Assembly: GCA_016195275.1 (NCBI GenBank)
Contig: JACPZZ010000001.1
Span: 3,046 to 67,045, forward strand
Origin: Candidatus Aenigmatarchaeota archaeon
GTDB taxonomy: Archaea; Aenigmatarchaeota; Aenigmatarchaeia; JACPZZ01
DNA length: 64,000 nucleotides
Direction of reading: 5' to 3'
The notes under the pieces are model-generated. The model had not been told where the DNA came from. It did not search any database and saw only the letters and a list, made by a program, of their open reading frames with translations. The translations under genes and the position numbers were made by a program. Positions 45,254 through 52,748 of this stretch are shown in pieces (position 1 is the first letter of the stretch; the number at the start of each line of letters is the position of its first letter).

Positions 45254-45606
45254 GGTATTATTTTACCCATAAAAGTTAAATACCCATGTTTTGTAAGAAC
45301 CCTATAGGGTAGTATCACCAAATTACATAATTTGAGGGGTGGTGATACCAAGTGATAGTTAGTAACTCTGGGTTATTAAGGTTTGCTTCAAAGTGCTTTA
45401 GGCTGGTGCCAAAGGTGATGCCAGAATATTCTTCCAAAAAGGAATATAACCAAAGATAGAAGAGCGAGGCTGCCACTTCATCTGTAAAGAGGAAATATGG
45501 TGATAATGTAAGTTCAGGGGGATGAGGCTCACGGCTTTTGTTTACATGTGGACAGAGATTCAAGGGGTTTTATTGTAGGATTTATACAGAGCAAATACCT
45601 ATCGAT

Positions 45607-46374
45607 TCAAACCCACGGAAAGTACTGCCTTAACTTTCTCAACCTCCCTTCCTCTTCTTTACTGTAATATTTTATCACAGGTTTTTCTGTCGGTTTTTCA
45701 ACAGGCTTTTCTTCTTTCTCAACCGCTTCTGGCTTATATTCTTCTTGATAAGCCTTAAAAACTTCTTCGTCGTTGCTAATCCTTTTCACAGCTTTTTCGG
45801 AGAGGTTTATCATAATTCCATCTTCTATTTTTATAAGGCCCAGAAATCTATTCAGATAATAATTAAGAATTTCCTTGCATTCAATAGGCGGGGCATTCCA
45901 TGTCCTGGTGGACTCCCTGTATATACGCCCAACAAACGCAGGCTTTTCGGGAGTTGCGTATCTGATGATTAAGGATAGCACGGTTGTTATGAAATCCGTT
46001 AATTTGTTTCTGCAAAATCCTATTAGCTTTTGTCCGGCATACCCGAATGTCAGCTCAGCAAACATATCTTTTGTCAACGGCTCTTTGTCTATGATAAAAT
46101 TTGCAAACTGTTTATCCAAAGATAAAAAAACGTTTGTGTCTTTATTTTTGCCAAGTGTCCCGAGCGCATGCCACACAATCAGCTTCATTTCAGAAAGAAA
46201 CATGATTTTATTTTCAATGGCCTCATCGACTTCAAGCTGGAATGTTACAAATTTCATAGGCACGACAGCTCCAATCTTGTGCAACGCCCACAGTATATCT
46301 ATATAACCCAATGCTCTGGGCGAAAGCTTGAGAAGATCTTCGGCAAATACAGCTTCAACCCTTCTAAGTTCCAT
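45607..46374 (-). CDS. unknown-function protein, divergent paralog family member 1 (Glu/Lys/Pro-rich tail)
   Basis: 255 aa. LLKLSPRALGYIDILWAL...ATPEKPAFVGRIYRES...EEYKPEAVEKEEKPVEKPTEKP. It starts 34 nt downstream of the MinD/ParA gene. Confidence 0.6.
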   Translation of the reverse strand: MELRRVEAVFAEDLLKLSPRALGYIDILWALHKIGAVVPMKFVTFQLEVDEAIENKIMFLSEMKLIVWHALGTLGKNKDTNVFLSLDKQFANFIIDKEPLTKDMFAELTFGYAGQKLIGFCRNKLTDFITTVLSLIIRYATPEKPAFVGRIYRESTRTWNAPPIECKEILNYYLNRFLGLIKIEDGIMINLSEKAVKRISNDEEVFKAYQEEYKPEAVEKEEKPVEKPTEKPVIKYYSKEEEGRLRKLRQYFPWV

Positions 46375-46408
46375 ATATGGATATTAATTTCGAAGATTAA
46401 AATGATTA

Positions 46409-47266
46409 TTACGCGCCTCTCCCCAATTTTTTAAAGTATCCTAAAAACCTTTTTATCAAGCCCGGCTTTTCTTTGGGTTCTATGGCAGGCTCTCTGAACG
46501 ACTCACCAAATCTCCCAACGCCTTTATCTTTTTCCGGTTTTTCTCCAACCAGACTTGCGGCGAGTTGTATATATGCTTGGCTTGCCCTGGAACCAGGATT
46601 TGATAATATTACCGGGGTTTTTGAGTTCACGCTCTGTAGAATACTTTCATCCTCCGGAATAGACCCAATTATAGGTAAGGCTGTTAATCTTTCTACTTCA
46701 CTTTCTGATAGCTCATAATCCTTTCCTTTTACTCTGTTCATTAAAACACCAATGGGTTCGATATCGGCAACACCGTCCTGGGTCAGCTTAATGGAGAGGT
46801 TCACGATTTTTGCAACGTCAACCGCCGAAGGTATGAAAGGATTCGCAATAAAAAGCACTTTATCACATGCCTTCAAAGCCATCAAAGCCTCTCTATCAAT
46901 ACCAGGCGCAGAGTCAAGCAATACGATGTCAAACATTTCCGACAAATTCTTTATAGTTTTTGTAAAAAGTTCATGGTCTATTCCTTGTAGATCCTGTATA
47001 TTCAAAGAAGCTGGTATTATCCGAAGACCGGAAGGATGGATGTACAATGCTCCAGCCAACGATGCCCTGTTCTGCAAAACTGAATTTAGTGTTATTGGTG
47101 TAATGTAAATTCCAAGATATAAACCAATATGGGCCGTGGTAAGATTACAGTCCACCAGGGCAACTTTTTTATTAAAGTGCTCTGTTAGGGCTAATCCAAG
47201 GTTTATAGCAGTCGTCGTTTTCCCAGCCCCGCCTTTTCCGCTAACTATACCGATAATCCTACCCAA
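46409..47266 (-). CDS. MinD/ParA-family deviant Walker A ATPase with a C-terminal amphipathic helix
   Basis: GIVSGKGGAGKTTTAINLG (deviant Walker A) and IVLLDSAPG (Walker B). The C-terminus PGLIKRFLGYFKKLGRG resembles a MinD membrane-targeting sequence. Confidence 0.85.
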   Translation of the reverse strand: MGRIIGIVSGKGGAGKTTTAINLGLALTEHFNKKVALVDCNLTTAHIGLYLGIYITPITLNSVLQNRASLAGALYIHPSGLRIIPASLNIQDLQGIDHELFTKTIKNLSEMFDIVLLDSAPGIDREALMALKACDKVLFIANPFIPSAVDVAKIVNLSIKLTQDGVADIEPIGVLMNRVKGKDYELSESEVERLTALPIIGSIPEDESILQSVNSKTPVILSNPGSRASQAYIQLAASLVGEKPEKDKGVGRFGESFREPAIEPKEKPGLIKRFLGYFKKLGRGA

Positions 47267-47320
47267 AGCATCACACCACTGATTTTAGATTGATCCTGAG
47301 CTTTAAATGGTTTTTGTATT

Positions 47321-47644
47321 TTAATTTTCCTTGTTGGATGGTTTTTGAGGCGGCGCGATAGAAACTAGTGGCTGAGAATCTGCTTTTAGCGCATCGTTGT
47401 TTTGATTTTTCCCCTTTCTTTCAATTTCTTCTGAATAATGCTTTCGCACGTTTTCATCCCAAGCTTCCATTAAGCCATAACCAAGCATTGTTGCCATGCC
47501 TGCAATTGCGGCCCTTAAATTAATGCCGATCAATGGGATGCCTGAAAGGGTGATCACAACATCTGCGTTAATAACAACCCCTGTATCCAGAATAGCATTC
47601 AGAAGGTCCACCAGTTTGTAATTCAAGTCTCTTTTCGGTTCCAT
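47321..47644 (-). CDS. gvpM: gas vesicle protein, GvpA-family minor component (GvpJ/GvpM-like)
   Basis: LVDLLNAILDTGVVINADVVITLSGIPLIGINLRAAIAGMATM is the GvpA/J/M core. I cannot separate J from M by eye. Confidence 0.75.
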   Translation of the reverse strand: MEPKRDLNYKLVDLLNAILDTGVVINADVVITLSGIPLIGINLRAAIAGMATMLGYGLMEAWDENVRKHYSEEIERKGKNQNNDALKADSQPLVSIAPPQKPSNKEN

Positions 47645-47648
47645 TCAA

Positions 47649-48461
47649 TCAACCCACAAAATGGAAGGGGGGCCAGGGCCCAGAAAATCGAACAGATAGT
47701 CCATGTATTTTATTGGTCTCTTCCAAGAACTTGCCTAAGGCTTCGATTTTGCTATTATGCACGAGACAGGATAGATTTAGAATCATCTCTTTGTCTTTCC
47801 ATTTTCCATCTTCTATATTAATTGTTTTTTCGGCTTTCATTTCTTCCGCAGAGTCTTTAACCTGATCACAAATTTTTTTAGAATATTCTTTATAATATTC
47901 CTCCACCTTCCTCCTTGTTTCATTGATAACTATCAGCTCAAGTTTTTTCTGAAGAACGTAAGCAATGCCCTTGGGCTTCGTTTCAATGTCCATTTTTAAC
48001 CTTTGAATTTCCTCGTTGGTGCTTTCAATTTCTTGGCTAGTGGAACCAGTATCCATGAAAATTTGAATATCGTATTCTGCTTTTCCGTCTAATCTTTCTA
48101 AACTGTTTTTAAGCTTGTGATACTCCGCGCTTAACCATTTCCTTACGTCATCCTCGGTTCCTTTGATTATAGTGTCAAAGGCAAACGGAACGACAGCGCC
48201 GAATTTTTTTGCTGCTGCGTCAATCGTATACAGATGCGAAAAAAGCCACGATTTCACCTCTTCCTCTTTGTTTGATTTGTATGGTTTAGCCAAGCATTTG
48301 TGGACTATGACGCCTATGTCCTTATATAGTATGGCATACACCCTATTATTCCCTATTCCTATGTTCCCAAAACCGGTTTCTGCGCCGCAATTGGTTACAC
48401 AATAGAGATATACGCCTTCGCCAACACTCTCTTCACATTTAACATCATTCACTTTTTTCAC
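47649..48461 (-). CDS. gvpL: gas vesicle protein GvpL/GvpF family
   Basis: GVYLYCVTN...FGNIGIGNNRVYAILYKDIGVIVH...FSGPWPPFHFV. Confidence 0.8.
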   Translation of the reverse strand: MKKVNDVKCEESVGEGVYLYCVTNCGAETGFGNIGIGNNRVYAILYKDIGVIVHKCLAKPYKSNKEEEVKSWLFSHLYTIDAAAKKFGAVVPFAFDTIIKGTEDDVRKWLSAEYHKLKNSLERLDGKAEYDIQIFMDTGSTSQEIESTNEEIQRLKMDIETKPKGIAYVLQKKLELIVINETRRKVEEYYKEYSKKICDQVKDSAEEMKAEKTINIEDGKWKDKEMILNLSCLVHNSKIEALGKFLEETNKIHGLSVRFSGPWPPFHFVG

Positions 48462-48762
48462 CCTGTGGTTCCAAATACACCAACTTCAGAAACATGTTGC
48501 TCAAGGTTTCTCTTAATTTTTCCCTGTTTTTAAAATGATTTTCCCCTTCAACCTTCATCTCTATGCCATTGTCAGAATTTGTAACTACAATCACCGGGAA
48601 TCTTTTGATGGAATGCTTCTTTATGTACCTTACAAAATCCATTTCCCTGGCCCCTATCTTGTCCACATGAATTTTGCTTTCTTCGTGGAGTTCATCGAGA
48701 ATGCCCTCTGCCAATTGCGTATCTTTATCTTTTATGCTGTATATCAACCTTGTAATTATCAT
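48445..48762 (-). CDS. hypothetical protein within the gvp operon
   Basis: 105-aa ORF whose stop overlaps the gvpL start. No known Gvp family recognised. Confidence 0.5.
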   Translation of the reverse strand: MIITRLIYSIKDKDTQLAEGILDELHEESKIHVDKIGAREMDFVRYIKKHSIKRFPVIVVTNSDNGIEMKVEGENHFKNREKLRETLSNMFLKLVYLEPQGEKSE

Positions 48763-48766
48763 GCCG

Positions 48767-49297
48767 TTACCTTTTCTTCATTTTTACAGACAAAAAACCT
48801 TTCTCTTCACCTTTCCTGTATTCTATTTCTACATCTTTGACATAGCATTTTAATGGAACTTCTTTACGATATTTTCCATCTTTTGTTTCTATGATAAGCT
48901 TTTTACCTATAGGGTAGACTTTTAAATCGCTTTCTTCTACAGGCGGGGTTTCCTCCCACACAACTATAGTCTTAATGTCCTCTTCTTTCTTAGGAATTTC
49001 TCCTGTTACCAGCGTTCTTACAGAATAAGAATATTCTATACGCGGTTTGCCTGACCATCCTTTCTCCAGCCTAGACTTTATCTCTTTATCGGTTTCTTCA
49101 ACCCTTTTCTGGAGTTCTGGGGACGCTTTGATTAACTTGCTTACAAATTTTCCTAACCCGGGGATAAAGTTGCCCACGAGTTCCTCTACCGAAGAGATTT
49201 CAGGCTTCTTTTCCTTCTCTTTTTCAAGTTTTTCTGTTTTCTTTTCAAGTTCCTCTATCCTTTCCTTGTCTTTTTTCTTTTTTTTCATTCGCTTCAC
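48767..49297 (-). CDS. GvpH-like / Hsp20-like protein with a Lys/Glu-rich N-terminus
   Basis: 176 aa. The C-terminal ...LIIETKDGKYRKEVPLKCYVKDVEIEYRKGEEKGFLSVKMKK resembles the alpha-crystallin beta7-beta9 pattern. Size and position fit GvpH. Confidence 0.45.
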   Translation of the reverse strand: MKRMKKKKKDKERIEELEKKTEKLEKEKEKKPEISSVEELVGNFIPGLGKFVSKLIKASPELQKRVEETDKEIKSRLEKGWSGKPRIEYSYSVRTLVTGEIPKKEEDIKTIVVWEETPPVEESDLKVYPIGKKLIIETKDGKYRKEVPLKCYVKDVEIEYRKGEEKGFLSVKMKKR

Positions 49298-49300
49298 TCT

Positions 49301-49615
49301 TCATTCGTATGCGGCTACTTTCCCCTCGTTTTGAATGTCCATCTCTCCTATAGCGCTGTTCACTATTTTGTCAAGATCGCCGTTAATGGAATTAACTGTG
49401 TCCTCGAGGTCATTTTCTTTTTTGATATGCCTGATGGTATCATCTAAATCTATCAGGGCATTGCCTAATTTTTCAACTTCTTCTCCGGTCAACCTGCCCA
49501 ACTCCATCCTTCTTATTGCCTGATGCTCTAATGCGTCTTTGATTATCTCAACAAGTGTAATTACTAAACCAAGCAATCCCTTTTTGAGGTTATCCTCATC
49601 GATTTTGACAGTCAT
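49301..49615 (-). CDS. gvpK: gas vesicle protein GvpK
   Basis: LKKGLLGLVITLVEIIKDALEHQAIRRMELGRLTGEEVEKLGNAL. I placed the start at the ATG that forms an ATGA overlap with the upstream stop. The track start at 49651 is the alternative. Confidence 0.8.
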   Translation of the reverse strand: MTVKIDEDNLKKGLLGLVITLVEIIKDALEHQAIRRMELGRLTGEEVEKLGNALIDLDDTIRHIKKENDLEDTVNSINGDLDKIVNSAIGEMDIQNEGKVAAYE

Positions 49616-49947
49616 GCCATCACAGCAACCCTTTTCTTGCATTTTGGGCAACCATGTCCTTCAAAAAACCTTTTTCCTATCAATTCTCCACACGTGGGGC
49701 AATACGTCAAGTCTCCTTGTTCTCTCAGCGCTTTCCATCCTGGAGCATCATAATTAACTCCTGAAGGAAATTCCAGGCCGTACTTTGCTGCTGTTGCGAG
49801 CGAAGCCAGGGTTGCCCTTATTTTTATTCCCAGCAGTTCGGTGCCAGCAACTGATACAACAATGTCCGCGTTTATGACTATGCCTTTGTCTAAAAGTTTA
49901 ATTAACGCTTCAGGAAGCGTCATGACTTCTCTATTATGTGTTATCAT
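49612..49947 (-). CDS. gvpJ: GvpJ-like (GvpA-family) protein fused to a C-terminal CxxC...CxxC zinc ribbon
   Basis: LPEALIKLLDKGIVINADIVVSVAGTELLGIKIRATLASLATAAKYG is the GvpA/J core. The C-terminus is ...YCPTCGELIGKRFFEGHGCPKCKKR. Confidence 0.75.
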   Translation of the reverse strand: MITHNREVMTLPEALIKLLDKGIVINADIVVSVAGTELLGIKIRATLASLATAAKYGLEFPSGVNYDAPGWKALREQGDLTYCPTCGELIGKRFFEGHGCPKCKKRVAVMA

Positions 49948-50324
49948 AGCGCTTTTCCCTCATTTCTATTTGAGGTGGCGGATTTTAACCTCATTCCGTA
50001 CAATCTTTTTTTTGGTTGTATATCAGAATATCTGGGCCTTGCAGGGATTGTTGAAAATTTGCATCCCAACCTGTCTCCTCTTTTTTCAGGTTGTGATGAA
50101 AACGCTGAAGGGTTTAAGTTTTTTGGCCTGCCCGCTTTCTTCATAACCATTAATCGTTTATTGAGATTCACTTTTCTAGCGTATCGAATACTGTTCTGGA
50201 TTAGACTTGACCTCGCCCTGTCCCTCCACATCTGCATTTTCTTTTTCGTTTTTGCTATTATATTTTTTCTGCGCACGCCTGTCCTCATAATTTTGCCAAC
50301 GGAGAAATTTCCTATAGGTCCCAT
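49944..50324 (-). CDS. highly basic hypothetical protein in the gvp operon (possible GvpI analog)
   Basis: 126 aa, very Lys/Arg-rich. It fills the gap between gvpG and gvpJ exactly, with overlapping start and stop codons on both sides. Confidence 0.4.
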   Translation of the reverse strand: MGPIGNFSVGKIMRTGVRRKNIIAKTKKKMQMWRDRARSSLIQNSIRYARKVNLNKRLMVMKKAGRPKNLNPSAFSSQPEKRGDRLGCKFSTIPARPRYSDIQPKKRLYGMRLKSATSNRNEGKAL

Positions 50325-50614
50325 TATGCAACGCCTCCTAATATGTCCATCCTCTGGTCTAATTTCATCTCCCTTGCTTTTACACCCAGTTCCAGCTTCT
50401 CTCTCAAATCAGCATCAATTATTTTGTAATCTTCTTCAGTCCTTTCTCCAATTTCAAAAAGCAATCTGTTTTCTTTTATCATATCTTTGATTTTCGGAGG
50501 ATCATACGCTTCCTTATAGGCAAAATCCCGTATGAGTTTGAATAAAGCAATAGTGTCGAAGGGCAGTATGGAAATGCCAAGAAGCCTTAAAACAATATCA
50601 TCTATGATGAACAC
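50324..50614 (-). CDS. gvpG: gas vesicle protein GvpG
   Basis: MFIIDDIVLRLLGISILPFDTIALFKLIRDFAYKEAYDP...FEIGERTEEDYKIIDADLREKL matches the GvpG pattern. Confidence 0.7.
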   Translation of the reverse strand: MFIIDDIVLRLLGISILPFDTIALFKLIRDFAYKEAYDPPKIKDMIKENRLLFEIGERTEEDYKIIDADLREKLELGVKAREMKLDQRMDILGGVA

Positions 50615-51277
50615 CTACTCGCCTCCTCCTATTTTTATTTTTACAAAATTGTATGGTGGCCAAGGTCCGGTATACTGAATCTTTGGAGCGAGCATTTTTT
50701 CCACCTCATCCACTTCTTTGGAAAATTCCTTAATTTTATTTTTTTCAACCAAGAATGACGCATTCAGGAGCAGCCTCTCGCTAAATAGTTTGGCGTTAAC
50801 AGACTCTACGGCTTTTTTCTTAAGCGACTCAAAAATATACGAAGCGAACTGGATTTTCTTTTCTCCAAGCAATTCCATAAGTTCTTTGCCCAAGACGATC
50901 TTAATTCCGAGCTCAACTTTGTTGTCTAATAATGCCAAAGATTTTTTAATCGCATCATAGCTTTTCTCTAGCACCGAAAGCAGGACTTCTTTATCTTTAA
51001 ATGCCATGCCAAACGCCATCGGTATCACCGTATGTTCTTTCATAACCAGAGTGGCAACTTCATTGTGCGCTTTTATGTTTTCTTCGGTTGATTGATAATC
51101 TGTCAGGGGCGTGTCGCTTACAACAGCGGATATTCCTTTATAAGGAATGGTATAGACTTCGCTGAAATTTCCAATTCCCTTGTTGCCAAAACTTGCTGGT
51201 TTCTCGGTGTTGGCAATTATGCAGTAAACATATTTTCTTTCTTCTATTACGGGATCTTTTCCTGTTTTCTTACTCAT
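50615..51277 (-). CDS. gvpF: gas vesicle protein GvpF
   Basis: KYVYCIIAN...FGNKGIGNFSEVYTIPYKGISAVVSD...YTGPWPPYNFV. Confidence 0.85.
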   Translation of the reverse strand: MSKKTGKDPVIEERKYVYCIIANTEKPASFGNKGIGNFSEVYTIPYKGISAVVSDTPLTDYQSTEENIKAHNEVATLVMKEHTVIPMAFGMAFKDKEVLLSVLEKSYDAIKKSLALLDNKVELGIKIVLGKELMELLGEKKIQFASYIFESLKKKAVESVNAKLFSERLLLNASFLVEKNKIKEFSKEVDEVEKMLAPKIQYTGPWPPYNFVKIKIGGGE

Positions 51278-52121
51278 AGTTAATCATCTGTTTTTTATTT
51301 CTATAATCTGACAACAAGAATTTGGTCAGAATGCCGCTGATCTTGATATGTTCCTCAAGGCTATCTTTTACTTCATGCAAAGAAATATCAACAAGTTTGT
51401 AGATCTTCTTTTTTACAACATACTCATATTGTATCATGCCCTTCTTTTCCAAAGTATGAAGGAGTGGGTATATCGTGCCTGGGCTGAGAAATACGTTGAA
51501 GTTTTTATGCACCGCCTTTATCATATCCGTACCACACATGGGCTTATTCATTAGCAAAGCAAAGATTATCATTTTCAAATCGTTTTTCACATACCGCTCT
51601 ATGGAATCATCTTTGATAACCTTGTCAATAGACTCGGACGATAAAATTGAAATATCGCCTGACGTGAGTATTAGCTTGTCATGATGTGCCACTAAATCCT
51701 TGATAATGGCTGGGTCTATCTTTGTAACATCATATACGCATGATATTGAAGAATTCTTTTGGAATCCCTCTGTCAGGCACTTTTCGTATTTGGCGTGGTC
51801 TTCTTTAGCGATTGAGGCAGCGTCAAAAATTATCTTCAGCTTTCTTTTGCCAGGTTTTAGCGTGCTTAATTTTTCCGGTCTTAATATGGATATATTTGCT
51901 CCCAGTCCATTAAATTTTTTCATTCCGCTGTCAGGGTCGTCATTGGTTACATAGATCACTTTTTCATTTTTTTCTGTTGTAGCCAAAAGTGATGCTTGAA
52001 GCGCACCTTTGTCAATATCCGGGGTATAAAAAACTAAGCCGTGCTTAAAATTGCCCATATCAGATAAAATTGATTTTACATCCAATTTTCCCGAGTTCAT
52101 ACTATTTACCCCTCTCATCAA
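51270..52121 (-). CDS. putative gvp regulator: N-terminal KaiC/RecA-like domain without an obvious P-loop, plus a C-terminal PadR-type winged helix
   Basis: The C-terminus IIFALLMNKPMCGTDMIKAVHKNFNVFLSPGTIYPLLHTLEKKGMIQYEY is a PadR signature. Paralog of 54895..55896. Confidence 0.6.
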   Translation of the reverse strand: MMRGVNSMNSGKLDVKSILSDMGNFKHGLVFYTPDIDKGALQASLLATTEKNEKVIYVTNDDPDSGMKKFNGLGANISILRPEKLSTLKPGKRKLKIIFDAASIAKEDHAKYEKCLTEGFQKNSSISCVYDVTKIDPAIIKDLVAHHDKLILTSGDISILSSESIDKVIKDDSIERYVKNDLKMIIFALLMNKPMCGTDMIKAVHKNFNVFLSPGTIYPLLHTLEKKGMIQYEYVVKKKIYKLVDISLHEVKDSLEEHIKISGILTKFLLSDYRNKKQMINYE

Positions 52122-52404
52122 TCAAGTCTGACCTGCGTCTTACCATTATTTGCCTGTAGTTCAAAAGTTTACCGCCAGGGCTGAACTCCAATTCATACCT
52201 ACCGAGAAGATCCTGAGTGTCCGGAACAGCCTTTCTTTCCAATGTTTCTATCACAGCTTTCCATCCCTGGTCATCTTTGACAACACTCACAATTTGTTCT
52301 ACCGGCTTGTTTACCAAATCTTTCAATGCAGAAAGCCCCAATTTACCTATCTCCACCGGACTCTTTTTCTCCTGTATTATCTCACGGGATGTAGATTTTT
52401 TCAT
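52102..52404 (-). CDS. gvpO: gas vesicle protein GvpO
   Basis: VEQIVSVVKDDQGWKAVIETLERKAVPDTQDLLGRYELEFSPGGKLLNYRQIMVRRRSD matches the GvpO pattern. Confidence 0.75.
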   Translation of the reverse strand: MKKSTSREIIQEKKSPVEIGKLGLSALKDLVNKPVEQIVSVVKDDQGWKAVIETLERKAVPDTQDLLGRYELEFSPGGKLLNYRQIMVRRRSDLIDERGK

Positions 52405-52747
52405 TTACGATCTCCACCGGCTTGCCGATCCAAGTTTTTATCCCCGCTACTATATCATAACCTTCTAATTTTTCTGCTAATTTGTAGTATTTAACAAATC
52501 TGTAAAGCCTTTGGAGGGTCGACTTGCCACGACCTAGAGGTATGACATCAACCGTGTGATCAGGTTTAATACAAGTATAAAAAGTTTCCTTTACCGATTC
52601 CCCGTCCTTTTTTGCTGTCACAACAATAATTTCTGTGTCGTGAAAACCAACCGGTGCCGGCTTCCTAGGAAGGCTGCTTATCCTTACAATTTTTACGTTG
52701 CTTATTACTCCCCGGTCTTTTTTCAAGTTTTTCTCTTTTTGAACCAT
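52382..52747 (-). CDS. unknown protein in the gvp operon, short paralog
   Basis: 121 aa. Shares a domain of about 110 aa with the C-terminus of 52749..53459 (VKIV.I....RKP.....D..II......G...K.TFY..I.P...........K.......F..YYKLA..LE.YD...). Confidence 0.6.
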   Translation of the reverse strand: MVQKEKNLKKDRGVISNVKIVRISSLPRKPAPVGFHDTEIIVVTAKKDGESVKETFYTCIKPDHTVDVIPLGRGKSTLQRLYRFVKYYKLAEKLEGYDIVAGIKTWIGKPVEIVNEKIYIP

Positions 52748-52748
52748 A

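Noticed and set aside
49936-50490. 184-aa plus-strand ORF inside the gvp accessory operon.
   Set aside because: It is antisense to gvpG and to the basic ORF, which are translationally coupled to their neighbours. It has a hydrophobic low-complexity sequence and no start-site signals.
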